From a virus (taxonomy: Duplodnaviria > Caudoviricetes): a stretch of 64,000 nt of DNA. A program made the translations under genes and the position numbers. The notes under the pieces are model-generated. The model did not search any database and was not told the origin of the DNA. It saw only the letters and a list, made by a program, of their open reading frames with translations. Shown here one piece after another: positions 55,036 through 64,000 of the stretch. Numbering within the stretch: the first letter of the stretch is position 1; every line of letters begins with the position of its first letter. The DNA lies in the IMG/VR virus record IMGVR_UViG_3300014205_000206, positions 20,059 to 84,058 of that record; one strand, 5' to 3'.

Positions 55036-55207
55036 CCCGGCGGTATTGCTGAAGGCTCGCAGGGAAGCTGTATGCGAACGGTTTTTCGAAGAAACGAAAA
55101 TCAAACTCAACGACGAGCACAAACGGTTGATTGCGGATTTCGTTCTTCGCGAGAGGGATCGCGAAAGATTGGCAACCCTACAAGAGCTAAAAATCAGCAT
55201 CGGCTGA
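55010..55207 (+). CDS. Hypothetical basic protein
   Basis: MGRPKK start. Confidence 0.55.
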   Translation: MGRPKKPVDPAVLLKARREAVCERFFEETKIKLNDEHKRLIADFVLRERDRERLATLQELKISIG

Positions 55208-55239
55208 AAAGTCGATAGTACCCATTAGTAGGGGCTTTG

Positions 55240-55275
55240 AGGCCATCGCTATGCAGTATTTAGCGGTGGCTTTTT
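55240..55275 (+). terminator. Probable Rho-independent terminator
   Basis: GGCCATCGCTA/TAGCGGTGGCT stem followed by T-tract. Confidence 0.6.
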
Positions 55276-55297
55276 CGTTTCAAAGAAAGGAGAATCA

Positions 55298-55594
55298 ATG
55301 GGAAATGAGCCACAAAAACGGTACGGCAAAGATGCAAAACGAAAGGAAAAAGTTCAGGCACGAATGGCGCTAGCCGCTTCCGGTGTAAGCACAATAGCCA
55401 TCAGAAACAAGACAAGCAAAACCGATCAAGAATTTCTAGACTCGCTGATTGAAACGCTTCACGGCGTAGCCATTGGCCTCGATTCTCGGGACCTAACTGG
55501 CATAGCCGACTTGGACAGATTCATCGAGGCGCGGAAGCTGTCGTTCAGAATCCACAGGAAGTTCGTTACCGCAAGGGGAACTGGATCGAAATGA
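55298..55594 (+). CDS. Hypothetical protein
   Basis: AAGGAG RBS. Confidence 0.65.
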   Translation: MGNEPQKRYGKDAKRKEKVQARMALAASGVSTIAIRNKTSKTDQEFLDSLIETLHGVAIGLDSRDLTGIADLDRFIEARKLSFRIHRKFVTARGTGSK

Positions 55595-56448
55595 TGAAAC
55601 CGAAACCGAAGCCAATCCCGCAAAAAAAGCAAATCGTCACCTCTGGAACCACGCAGTACATCCCGCTCAAACGCCTATTCATCGATCCGCAAGTGCAGCG
55701 TGCGCTCAAGGAGAAGTGGGTAGATCGGTTGGTGCGGGACTTCGATCCGGACCTGCTTGACATTATCAGCGTCTCGGATCGAGGGAACGGAACGTACGCA
55801 GTGATCGACGGACAGCACAGAGTCGCAGCCGTCCGCCGTTTGTTTGGCGACGACAACCAGATGATCGAGTGCAAAGTAAGCAAAGGACTCCAGCTCCACG
55901 AAGAGGCGGCACGCTTCGTCGGGAAAGCCGAAACGCTCGGTATGGCGCCAACTGTCAAGTTCATGCAGAAAGTCAAAGCACGGGACAGGGAAGCCTTGGC
56001 GATTGACGGAGTCGTCCGGGAGTGCGGCTACAAAGTGGCTCAGTATTCTGGCGACGGGGTTCTTTCCTGTGTTAGCTCGCTCAGAAATGTTTATCGTGGC
56101 TTCGCGAATGACGACAAAGCCGAGAATCCAGCCCTGTTGAAGCAAACGCTCATCGTCATTCGGTCTACTTGGGGGAATGCGTCCTCCGGGTTGCACTCGA
56201 TGATCGTGGTCGGCATCGGCAGGCTGATTGCGGGTCGCTCCAAGGCAATTTCCTACCCCGACCTTATCGCCCGTATGGCGGCGTTTCCGGGGGGCGCTGG
56301 CGGCATTCTAGGGCGCGCTAGGGGCCTTCAGGCGCTAGTTGGTGGGTCAGTGCCAGCCGCAGTGGCAGACGTAATCATCGACATCTACAACAAAGGTAAA
56401 AGACAAAACAAGCTTGAACCTCTTCGAAAGGCAGGAGAAGCTTCATAG
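55591..56448 (+). CDS. ParB/Srx-like DGQHR-domain protein (DUF6551-like)
   Basis: LFIDPQVQR, FDPDLLDIISVS, VIDGQHR. Confidence 0.8.
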   Translation: MMKPKPKPIPQKKQIVTSGTTQYIPLKRLFIDPQVQRALKEKWVDRLVRDFDPDLLDIISVSDRGNGTYAVIDGQHRVAAVRRLFGDDNQMIECKVSKGLQLHEEAARFVGKAETLGMAPTVKFMQKVKARDREALAIDGVVRECGYKVAQYSGDGVLSCVSSLRNVYRGFANDDKAENPALLKQTLIVIRSTWGNASSGLHSMIVVGIGRLIAGRSKAISYPDLIARMAAFPGGAGGILGRARGLQALVGGSVPAAVADVIIDIYNKGKRQNKLEPLRKAGEAS

Positions 56449-56468
56449 TAAGGTAGAATGGAGAAATC

Positions 56469-56915
56469 ATGCTAGACCCAGTATCTATCATCGCAAAGTC
56501 ATTGGACGACGGGACTCCACAAGCCCCGACGCTCGGAGAAAACGTAGCGAGAATCATCGAGATCGACGCTCAGATGAAGATGTTCGAAAACCAAATCGAA
56601 GCGTTGACGATGGAACGCAAGGCAATCGAAGAGATCCTGAAAGCCCAGTTCTCAGACTATGGAGTTCAGAACGTGAAGGCAATGGGAAAGACCGTCTACT
56701 TGAACAGGTCGATCTATTGCAACGTTCCGGGAGAGAACATGGAGCAAGTTGTGGCAGTCCTTGATGCTGAAGGTCTTGGAGACATCGCTCCGAGAATTGC
56801 CACGACTGCAAAGATCAAGGGTCTACTCAAAGAAGATGAAGAGAAGTGGAAAGAGCGATTTGGGGCGCTCATCAACACGGGTGAAATCTTCCAAATCAGA
56901 ACGAGAAGCTCTTAG
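56469..56915 (+). CDS. Hypothetical replication/recombination-module protein
   Basis: Coiled coil followed by VKAMGKTVYL; upstream of SSB-like gene. Confidence 0.6.
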   Translation: MLDPVSIIAKSLDDGTPQAPTLGENVARIIEIDAQMKMFENQIEALTMERKAIEEILKAQFSDYGVQNVKAMGKTVYLNRSIYCNVPGENMEQVVAVLDAEGLGDIAPRIATTAKIKGLLKEDEEKWKERFGALINTGEIFQIRTRSS

Positions 56916-57002
56916 TGCTGGGACCATTCTTGGCGGCAATCGTCATAGTATGGTTCCTCAGCTTTATCAGCAAGTCATCTACAAACAACAAGGAGAACAG
57001 CA

Positions 57003-57716
57003 ATGGCAAAAGGAAGTGAATTGGTGAAGTTCGAAGTGGCGTCGTTCCCGGCACTGGTTACCGAGGAACGCCAGCGCGTGATGGAAGTCATCATGGAGAA
57101 TACGGACGGCGCTGGTATCAAGCCGTCCGACCTTGACCGCATCAAGATGCCGAGTGGCGGGGCGTTGTACTTCAACGTCAAGACCAAGGAAAATCCAGAC
57201 GGCGAGCCCATGAAGGAACTCAAGGGAATCATCATTCACCGCAAGATGACCCGCGCCTACTACGCGCATTCTTTCGAAGAAGGCGGCGGTAACGACGCTC
57301 CGGATTGTTACTGCGACGACACGCTCGTTGGCATCGGCGTCGGAAATCCCGGCGGCGAGTGCGCCAGTTGCCAGTTCTATCAGTTCGAAGGCGACAACCC
57401 TCCGAAGTGCGCGGAGAAACATCTTCTGATGATGGTAATGGAGGGCGACATTCTTCCGCGAGTTGTGACCATCCCTCCGAGCGGTCTGAAGCCGTTGAAG
57501 AACTACCTCAACGGACTGAGTGCTGCCATGGTCGGTCGTAGTTCTGTCATCACGAAGATCGGGCTGGAGAAAGCAACTGGAGGACCGAGCGGCAAGATCG
57601 AGTTTGCTCGTCCGACGTTCGCGGTCGCCGCACACCTTCCAGCCGAAGCCGTGACCAAGGTTTCGGAGTACGCCCGCGAGATGGGCGGACTGACCAAGAA
57701 GGTGAAGGCGGACTGA
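57003..57716 (+). CDS. Putative ssDNA-binding/annealing protein with Cys cluster
   Basis: RIKMPSGG, RAYY, PDCYC, CASC, VTIPPSGLK pattern common in phage replication modules. Confidence 0.55.
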   Translation: MAKGSELVKFEVASFPALVTEERQRVMEVIMENTDGAGIKPSDLDRIKMPSGGALYFNVKTKENPDGEPMKELKGIIIHRKMTRAYYAHSFEEGGGNDAPDCYCDDTLVGIGVGNPGGECASCQFYQFEGDNPPKCAEKHLLMMVMEGDILPRVVTIPPSGLKPLKNYLNGLSAAMVGRSSVITKIGLEKATGGPSGKIEFARPTFAVAAHLPAEAVTKVSEYAREMGGLTKKVKAD

Positions 57717-57718
57717 CG

Positions 57719-57907
57719 ATGAACAAGCAATATTCGGACAGAGACGAGTACGAACGGGCTGACCACGAACGATCCAAAGAGGCGATTAACCTCGTTGGCA
57801 AGTGGATCGCTTTCGTCGTGTTCATCATCGTGTCGCTTCCAGTCGCTTGCCAGATGCATCAAACCATCTACGCAAAGCCGCTGGTTCAGGTGAATGCGCC
57901 AAAGTGA
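57719..57907 (+). CDS. Small membrane protein
   Basis: WIAFVVFIIVSLPVAC. Confidence 0.6.
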   Translation: MNKQYSDRDEYERADHERSKEAINLVGKWIAFVVFIIVSLPVACQMHQTIYAKPLVQVNAPK

Positions 57908-58119
57908 TTATCCACATCGACAGGGGTGACGACCAAACGCGAGTTGAAACCGGAGTAGTTCAATTCGGTAACGACTGGCCGGGAGTCTTCATTCGCGGCG
58001 ACAACGCGCTTGGGTATGCGTTGGCGTTGCAGTCAGCCAAAAGCGACGATCCGATTGCAGAGTTGCAACTCAGAGAGCTTGGTAATCTGCTTCACACGGC
58101 AATGACGACCACGGCATGA
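57904..58119 (+). CDS. Hypothetical protein
   Basis: GTGA overlap. Confidence 0.6.
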   Translation: MIIHIDRGDDQTRVETGVVQFGNDWPGVFIRGDNALGYALALQSAKSDDPIAELQLRELGNLLHTAMTTTA

Positions 58120-58412
58120 AGCAAGAAAGCACCCTTCGGACGAAGATAGCGAATGCACTGCGTTCGAAGGGTGCTTTTGTCCGCGTTGTACACAGCGATG
58201 CTCATGGAGCTGGAGCGCTGGACCTCGATGTTATCTATCGGGGTCGAGCAGTCAAGCTTGAGATCAAAACGCCGCAAAATACGGAAGGCATGTCAAAGAT
58301 TCAGCTTAACGAACAGGCAGCAGTGAGGGCGGCGGGAGGAGTGGCAGAAGAGTGTCGTTCCGTAGCCGACGCACTTTCTATTCTGGAGCAAATCGAGAAA
58401 GGGAAGCTATGA
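58116..58412 (+). CDS. VRR-NUC / Holliday junction resolvase-like nuclease
   Basis: ESTLRTKI...GALDL...LEIK...Q PD-(D/E)xK pattern. Confidence 0.85.
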   Translation: MKQESTLRTKIANALRSKGAFVRVVHSDAHGAGALDLDVIYRGRAVKLEIKTPQNTEGMSKIQLNEQAAVRAAGGVAEECRSVADALSILEQIEKGKL

Positions 58413-58759
58413 ACGAACAGAATGTGTTTTTTGGAAGTTGGAGCGACCAGCAAGACATGGAGCGAGACTTCGGGATTTCGGGGCAACTTGGATCGAATAT
58501 CGAGATCCTTTTTGCTTGCTACCACGACGGAAACTACGAGGGGTACGCTGTTGTCGTGTTTCGTGAAGACGGCAAGCTGTTTTATGTCGGAGCTAGTCAT
58601 TGTTCCTGCTACGACTTGGGAGGACAGTGGACGCCTGACGAAGTCTATGAAGAACAATTGGCCGCGATGGATCAAAGCGATCTAAACGAAGAAGCTATTG
58701 CAGCGTACAACAAGCTTTGGCCGTACAAAGAGCTTCCGCAGAGCTTCCGCGATGAATAG
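58409..58759 (+). CDS. Hypothetical protein
   Basis: NYEGYA...ASHCSCY. Confidence 0.65.
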   Translation: MNEQNVFFGSWSDQQDMERDFGISGQLGSNIEILFACYHDGNYEGYAVVVFREDGKLFYVGASHCSCYDLGGQWTPDEVYEEQLAAMDQSDLNEEAIAAYNKLWPYKELPQSFRDE

Positions 58760-59192
58760 GCTCGTCATCGTTGACTGCGAAGCGCCGTATGGATGCGCCT
58801 CGCCTGCCACTGGAGACATGACTGAATTCGGAGCGGTTCATTACGAAACTCGCGCTTCTTTCCACGGTAAGGATTGCAGCCGAGAAACCATGCAGTTTTT
58901 CGATGCATGGGTAAGGAGCGTCACTCCAGGAAGAGCGATTTTCGTTTCCGATAACAACGGGTATGACTGGCAGTGGATCAACTTCTACTTCGACAAGTAC
59001 GGAATCTCCAACCCGTTCGGACATTCTTCAAGGAGAATCGGAGACTTCTACGCTGGATTGAAAAGTCACTTCTTTGACCAGTCTAGTTGGAAGCAAATGA
59101 GAGTCACGAAGCATGACCACAACCCAGTCAATGACGCCATGGGGAATGCCGAGGCGTTGCACAAAATCTTTGCCAGAAAAAATGTCAAGTAA
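58752..59192 (+). CDS. DEDD-family 3'-5' exonuclease
   Basis: IVDCEA, NNGYDW, HNPVNDA. Confidence 0.8.
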   Translation: MNRLVIVDCEAPYGCASPATGDMTEFGAVHYETRASFHGKDCSRETMQFFDAWVRSVTPGRAIFVSDNNGYDWQWINFYFDKYGISNPFGHSSRRIGDFYAGLKSHFFDQSSWKQMRVTKHDHNPVNDAMGNAEALHKIFARKNVK

Positions 59193-59382
59193 ACTCTGCC
59201 AAGAGCCTATCTCGACAGGTATCACGGACGGCAAGCTAACATACGAGCCGTGCGGAAGGCCGCTGAAAAAAGGCTTTTCTGTTTGCAAAGATCACTTCAA
59301 AAGCGCAGGGTACACATACAGATCCGACACGGAGGAGTCCAAGAAAAAAAGGAAAATGGCCGCTAACGGAAACAGCGCATGA
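59182..59382 (+). CDS. Small zinc-binding protein
   Basis: CQE...PCG...VCKDH. Confidence 0.55.
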   Translation: MSSKLCQEPISTGITDGKLTYEPCGRPLKKGFSVCKDHFKSAGYTYRSDTEESKKKRKMAANGNSA

Positions 59383-61025
59383 GCGATGGACATATCCCGT
59401 TCGATGACTCGAACGCCTCTGTCTATCGTGTGCTTGGGCCACCCGGTACTGGAAAGACAACGTATCTGGTTGACCAAGCTGAGCGGGCAGCGCAAAAGTA
59501 TGGATGTGACAACGTTAGGGTTGTCAGTATGACGCAAACGGCCTCGAAGGCGTTTGCTAAAAAGAACTCGATCATCCCCTCTGAAAACGTATCCACACTC
59601 CATGCGCTCGCTTACAGGGCAATTGGTAGGCCAGGGGTCTTCGGGAAAGATGAGATAGAGCGATGGAACTCAGAGTACCCCGGATACGCTTTGAGCGGGA
59701 TCTTTGATCCGATTGACGGGCCTATGTCCAAGACATTCGGTGATGCTTTGCTGATGGATGTTGAAATGGCAAGGGCAAAGCGTATCGCGCCGGGATACGC
59801 TGCGGCGAAGGATTTCAGCGATTTCTACGAGCGTTTCAAGCAAGAAGTCTGCAAGGTTGACTTCACTGGGATGCTCGAAGCGGCGCTGATGGATGTCGGA
59901 TACGCTCCCGGACGGCCAGAAGTCCTATTGGTGGACGAAGGGCAAGACTTGTCCACGCTGGAACTGGCGCTCGTAGAAAAGTGGGCGGCACGGTGCAAAG
60001 CGCTTGTGATCGTTGGCGACAGCGACCAGTCGCTCTATAGCTGGCGCGGAGCCGATCCTCGCGTATTGATTGTGGAAGGGCAAAAGCCTTTCAACATTAG
60101 ATCGCAAAGCTACAGAGTTCCACGGGTGGTGCAGGCGCACGCCATGGAAATCATTCAGCGATCTAGTACTTGGAGTAGGGCTGCATACGCTCCAAAACGC
60201 GAAGACGGAAAAAACGGACCAGTAGTAGAAGGAGAAGTATCTAGAATCCCAAGCTACTTCGATTCTCCGGGAGTTGTTTTGGATGACGTTGAAGTCGAAG
60301 TCGTCAACAACCCGCTGGTCGAAGACGCCATGATCTTGGCTCAGTGCGGCTACATGCTGTCGCCAATCGCTGCTGAACTAAAAGCAAGGGGAATCGGATA
60401 CTGCAATCCGTACAGAAATGAATGGAATCCTCTAGCCAGAGGCGGATCAAAGAAAGTTACCGGAGCAGACAAAATTCTAGCATTTGCTCGGCTTTCAACG
60501 CCAAGAGATTGGCGTATTGCGCTATCTTGTTTGGCTGGAGAAAGATCTGGCGGGCCGCTCATTCACGGAGCCAAAAACAAGCTGGAGCTACTTGCGGACG
60601 ACGCCTCCATGACTGATGTGGTGGCCTTGATTCCGAAAGTTCTTTCCGAAGGCGCGTATGAGCTATTCGACCACGGTGGATCAAAGATGGAAGCGCCAAA
60701 AGCGATGATGGCCAAGTTCTACGCGGCTTGTTCGTCTGTAGCTAAAGAATCGATGAGGTTTGCTGAGCGAGTTTATCAGCGGGACGGCTCAAAAGGAGTC
60801 GAATCGCCAAAAGTGATCCTTGGAACAATCCACAGCACGAAGGGGGGAGAAGCTGAACACGTATATCTGAGTGCAGAGCTTTCCCCTCAAGCAAGGAAGC
60901 AGAAAGATTTCCCCGGATGGGACGGGGCTGACTCTATCTGGAGAACGTTTTACGTCGGCGCCACTAGAGCAAAACACCGACTTGTGATTTGCGGAGATTA
61001 CTCACCTAGAGGGGCGGGGATATGA
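59379..61025 (+). CDS. UvrD/Rep-like SF1 helicase
   Basis: GPPGTGKT, VDEGQD, VGDSDQSLYSWRG, QSYR, TIHSTKGGE, FYVGATRAK. Confidence 0.92.
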   Translation: MSDGHIPFDDSNASVYRVLGPPGTGKTTYLVDQAERAAQKYGCDNVRVVSMTQTASKAFAKKNSIIPSENVSTLHALAYRAIGRPGVFGKDEIERWNSEYPGYALSGIFDPIDGPMSKTFGDALLMDVEMARAKRIAPGYAAAKDFSDFYERFKQEVCKVDFTGMLEAALMDVGYAPGRPEVLLVDEGQDLSTLELALVEKWAARCKALVIVGDSDQSLYSWRGADPRVLIVEGQKPFNIRSQSYRVPRVVQAHAMEIIQRSSTWSRAAYAPKREDGKNGPVVEGEVSRIPSYFDSPGVVLDDVEVEVVNNPLVEDAMILAQCGYMLSPIAAELKARGIGYCNPYRNEWNPLARGGSKKVTGADKILAFARLSTPRDWRIALSCLAGERSGGPLIHGAKNKLELLADDASMTDVVALIPKVLSEGAYELFDHGGSKMEAPKAMMAKFYAACSSVAKESMRFAERVYQRDGSKGVESPKVILGTIHSTKGGEAEHVYLSAELSPQARKQKDFPGWDGADSIWRTFYVGATRAKHRLVICGDYSPRGAGI

Positions 61026-62815
61026 CAACGAAAGCAGAAAAAGGGGATGTAGGAGCGATCCACGAATTCGCTCGCATCCTCTTGCCGAACGAAACCCCCG
61101 ACAACTCAGTTGCCCATCTTTTTGGGCTTCCATCAAAGAACTGCCTTTGGGCTGTTGATGCGGCTGAGTTTGCCAACAAAGCGTATGCGTTGGATTCGGG
61201 CGGGGACGATGCCTACTTCGGTGTTTCGCTAAGAAAGACCGGGCTGGGTAAGTTCGTTCGTGGACTCGAATCCGATCTCACATATGCGCTTGGAGTTGGA
61301 ATCGATGTTGACGTAGCAGTTGACGGGATCGACAGCAAGAAGAAAAGGTTTGCAACTGTCCAAGAGGCCGTCGCTTGCGTAGCGGACGCTGTTCCGTTGC
61401 CTCCGACGATGATCGTTCACTCGGGCGGCGGGCTACACATGCACTGGATGTACAAAGAACCGTTCGAAATCACGACCGAGCAAGACAGAAACCTTGCTTC
61501 CAATGTGGCGATGGAGTGGAACAAGCGGATCGCCGCAGCCGCCAGAGAAGCTGGAGGATACTCGGTAGATTCCGTGTTCGACCTTACAAGAGTATTCAGA
61601 ATCCCCGGAACGCTGAATAGGAAGATTCCGGGTAATCCGAGACTAGTAAAGCTTCTTGAGTTCGACACTGCGATTCGATACGGTCCGCGAGAACTAGCGG
61701 ATGCAATCGGAGTAGACCCGGAAGTGATGTGCAAGAAGTCCGTTGTGGAGCGAGCCATTCTTGGTGACAAGCTCCAGTTGGACCCGAACGCAGAGCCGCC
61801 TTTGGCGAAAAAGCTTGCGTTGCTTGAAAACGACGACAAGTTCAGGGCGCTGTTGCGTCGAGACGCCGTTTGTTCGAAGTGGTTGAAAGATACTAGTGCT
61901 AGCGCTTTCGACTTGGCTATCGCGAACATCTTGGTTAGGGTCGGTTGGTCGGATCAAGAAATTGCCGACATGCTTATCAGTAACCGGCGTCAGCACAACA
62001 ACGATCTAAAGTTGCGAGAGAAATACTACTCCGACACCATCGGGCTAGCTCGCAAGGGATACGACGGGACAACGAAGACGGCAAAAGAGGTGGATAGCCG
62101 CATCGAACTGCAAACGCGGCAGTCTATCGAAAACGTCGCTTCGATTCCAGACAAAAAAGAACAGCGGGAAGAAATCTTTGCTCACTTGTTTAAGGCAACT
62201 GGAGTCAACGTCGTGAAGATTGTATCTAACGGAAGAGATCCGGCTAGGTATAGGGTTCACTTGAAGAACGGAGTCATCATACACATAGAGTCCACGACGA
62301 TGCTAAGAAAGCAAGATACGTGGCTAGAAAAGGCGTTGGAAACCAATTCTGACGTACCTGTGTACGAGTTGAGCAGGCAGAACTGGCGGCTACTGTTGTC
62401 GCATATGTCGCGTGTTCTTGAGTTCGAAAAAGAAGGCGATAGCCTGATGGACGCAGTAAACGAGTACATCGAGCGAGCTGTAGACATCACGGGCGGAAAC
62501 CGCGAACAGCGCGGCGGGATGTTGGCTAGCGGAAGGCCGGTGATTCTGGCCGGAGGAAAGCCAGCTTTGCACCTTCCAAGCTTCGCGAAGTGGATGAAAG
62601 ATTCTGGTAAACAGATGGAAGCGTCGTTGCTGAAAGCGCGTCTGCTTTCGAGTGGATTCAAACCAGTCACGCTGTCGTTTAAGCAAGGCGGTCAGGGATC
62701 TTCGAGGACTTATTGGGTCATCCCTAAGCCGATTTCGAAGATTTTCAACGACGAAGATGCTGAATTTGGGGCGGAAGTCATCAATCTCGATGACGCCCCG
62801 GAACCGCTTAACTGA
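61022..62815 (+). CDS. Primase (RepB/AEP-like)
   Basis: GIDVD, VHSGGGLHMHW, DLTRVFRIPGT. Confidence 0.8.
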   Translation: MTTKAEKGDVGAIHEFARILLPNETPDNSVAHLFGLPSKNCLWAVDAAEFANKAYALDSGGDDAYFGVSLRKTGLGKFVRGLESDLTYALGVGIDVDVAVDGIDSKKKRFATVQEAVACVADAVPLPPTMIVHSGGGLHMHWMYKEPFEITTEQDRNLASNVAMEWNKRIAAAAREAGGYSVDSVFDLTRVFRIPGTLNRKIPGNPRLVKLLEFDTAIRYGPRELADAIGVDPEVMCKKSVVERAILGDKLQLDPNAEPPLAKKLALLENDDKFRALLRRDAVCSKWLKDTSASAFDLAIANILVRVGWSDQEIADMLISNRRQHNNDLKLREKYYSDTIGLARKGYDGTTKTAKEVDSRIELQTRQSIENVASIPDKKEQREEIFAHLFKATGVNVVKIVSNGRDPARYRVHLKNGVIIHIESTTMLRKQDTWLEKALETNSDVPVYELSRQNWRLLLSHMSRVLEFEKEGDSLMDAVNEYIERAVDITGGNREQRGGMLASGRPVILAGGKPALHLPSFAKWMKDSGKQMEASLLKARLLSSGFKPVTLSFKQGGQGSSRTYWVIPKPISKIFNDEDAEFGAEVINLDDAPEPLN

Positions 62816-62823
62816 AGGAGCTT

Positions 62824-63141
62824 ATGAACATCGAATCGGGGAGAAAAAAAATGGCAATAGCTTGGGCAAATCCAAGAGCGGCTGGCGTGTCGATGAACAT
62901 CGACCTTGTCCAGTCCGTAGCGCACATCCTTGTTAGGGAGTGCTTTCAAGCGAAAATAGATGCACTTCTTGAAATGTCAACAAAGGCGGTAAGAGACGAC
63001 AACGGGAATCAGTTCATTTCAGTGGAAGATTTGTCGGACAAGCTGAATGAATTGAAATTCGAACTAAGCAAACATGAATCATCCGGAGTTGAATCGAACA
63101 GGACATTCGAGCGGTCAGTTGAAGTCGGGGAGGAGCAGTGA
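62824..63141 (+). CDS. Hypothetical protein
   Basis: AAGGAG RBS. Confidence 0.6.
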   Translation: MNIESGRKKMAIAWANPRAAGVSMNIDLVQSVAHILVRECFQAKIDALLEMSTKAVRDDNGNQFISVEDLSDKLNELKFELSKHESSGVESNRTFERSVEVGEEQ

Positions 63142-63293
63142 CGACAGTTCAGTTTGCAGAAAGCGCTTGGGCTATGTGCAGTTCAATGTTTGCATTGTTT
63201 TTGTCTGCCACATGCCTGCTGGCGGCGCTTGTGATGATGAAAATGACGTTCAACCTTCTTGCGAGCTGGATGAAAGCAAAAAAGGAGAATTGA
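63138..63293 (+). CDS. Small membrane protein (51 aa; not in ORF track)
   Basis: GAGGAG RBS; MFALFLSATCLLAALVMM. Confidence 0.55.
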   Translation: MTTVQFAESAWAMCSSMFALFLSATCLLAALVMMKMTFNLLASWMKAKKEN

Positions 63294-63294
63294 A

Positions 63295-63822
63295 ATGAAC
63301 AAGAGTAGTGTTGTTGCGTTTTCGATGTGGCTGGCATCATTGCCGATTTTGGCGGTGCAGCCCCGAGTGCTTCAGGAGGTCGTCACGACTGGCGGTGGCT
63401 GGAAGATCGAGCTGGCCGACTACGCCGAGCCGACACACTTCGAGCTGTGGTCGACTCGCCTGTCGCCGCCGGGAGCGCGTATCCGGATCAGCAAGCCGAC
63501 GACCGGGCAAGGGTGGGACGTAGCGACTGGCTTCGTCGTCATCGAGGGGCCGCGCACATGGAGGGCGGTCTACGAGATCGGCCAGATCGCACAGGGCATT
63601 CACGACTTGCGCGCCGTGGATATCGATAACGGCTCGCCGGAACTGGTGGACAATCTCGTCGTCCCCGGCTACGTGCGATTCGGCAAGAACAAGGTGGTAC
63701 TCGGAAGCGAGATCGAGGCGGGCGGCAGGGTGCAGTGGTGGTTGAGCGACACGCACGGCAGCAACGTGCCGACAATCTTCTCGGACGGCTTCGAGAACGG
63801 AGGGAGGGCGAGATGGAACTGA
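63295..63822 (+). CDS. Secreted protein with C-terminal IFxDGFE motif
   Basis: Signal peptide-like N-terminus; ends IFSDGFENGGRARWN. Confidence 0.7.
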   Translation: MNKSSVVAFSMWLASLPILAVQPRVLQEVVTTGGGWKIELADYAEPTHFELWSTRLSPPGARIRISKPTTGQGWDVATGFVVIEGPRTWRAVYEIGQIAQGIHDLRAVDIDNGSPELVDNLVVPGYVRFGKNKVVLGSEIEAGGRVQWWLSDTHGSNVPTIFSDGFENGGRARWN

Positions 63823-63953
63823 GCGAGTTTGGCGATTGGGCGCTTATCTGCACGATGGCGTCCATTGGTTTCGCGGTGTGCGTTGCCATGGCGTGTGCTT
63901 CAATCTTCATGATTGTCTGGACGTTCAGCGCATTGCGAGGGTCTTCCAAGTGA
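63813..63953 (+). CDS. Small membrane protein
   Basis: GGAGG RBS; long hydrophobic segment. Confidence 0.55.
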   Translation: MELSEFGDWALICTMASIGFAVCVAMACASIFMIVWTFSALRGSSK

Positions 63954-64000
63954 CCGCCCGCGAGGACTTCGAGCGCGGGACGAAGGGGGGATTTCAGTGA

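Noticed and set aside
1-64000. Genome-wide avoidance of GATC, CCWGG, GGCC or CTAG
   Set aside because: All occur readily; the VAG/CTB depletion is local to the early end.

Overview
A 64 kb segment of a tailed dsDNA phage with siphovirus morphology. No integrase, tRNA or CRISPR array was recognised. Bases 1-21.6 kb are the minus-strand virion module: ParB-like protein, C5 methyltransferase, terminase, portal, scaffold, capsid and cement, neck, tail tube, a frameshifted tail chaperone, a 2230-aa tape measure and a truncated tail-tip protein. After a divergent promoter pair at 21.65-21.77 kb, everything is on the + strand. The 21.8-29.4 kb block holds a SNF2 helicase, two GIY-YIG endonucleases and an HD/NADAR/SLOG cluster. 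A probable genome end lies near 29.5 kb and is followed by an early region with four near-consensus sigma70 promoters. Dozens of small accessory genes follow, then a CCA-adding enzyme, an ATP-grasp/phospho-His dikinase-like protein coupled to a CX5R phosphatase, a macrodomain-like protein with a second CX5R phosphatase, and replication genes (VRR-NUC, DEDD exonuclease, UvrD helicase, primase). The strongest leads are: (1) about 0.8-1.1 kb of early DNA, including the whole first gene, lacking AAG/CAG/GAG/CTT/CTG/CTC; (2) a non-canonical PPDK-like phosphotransferase plus phosphatase pair; (3) a ~460-nt promoter-driven, hairpin-dense non-coding RNA candidate; (4) an oriC-like DnaA-box cluster; (5) three identical-loop (GCGAU) hairpins in the capsid-operon leader. 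All family assignments come from motif recognition by eye; no database search was run.
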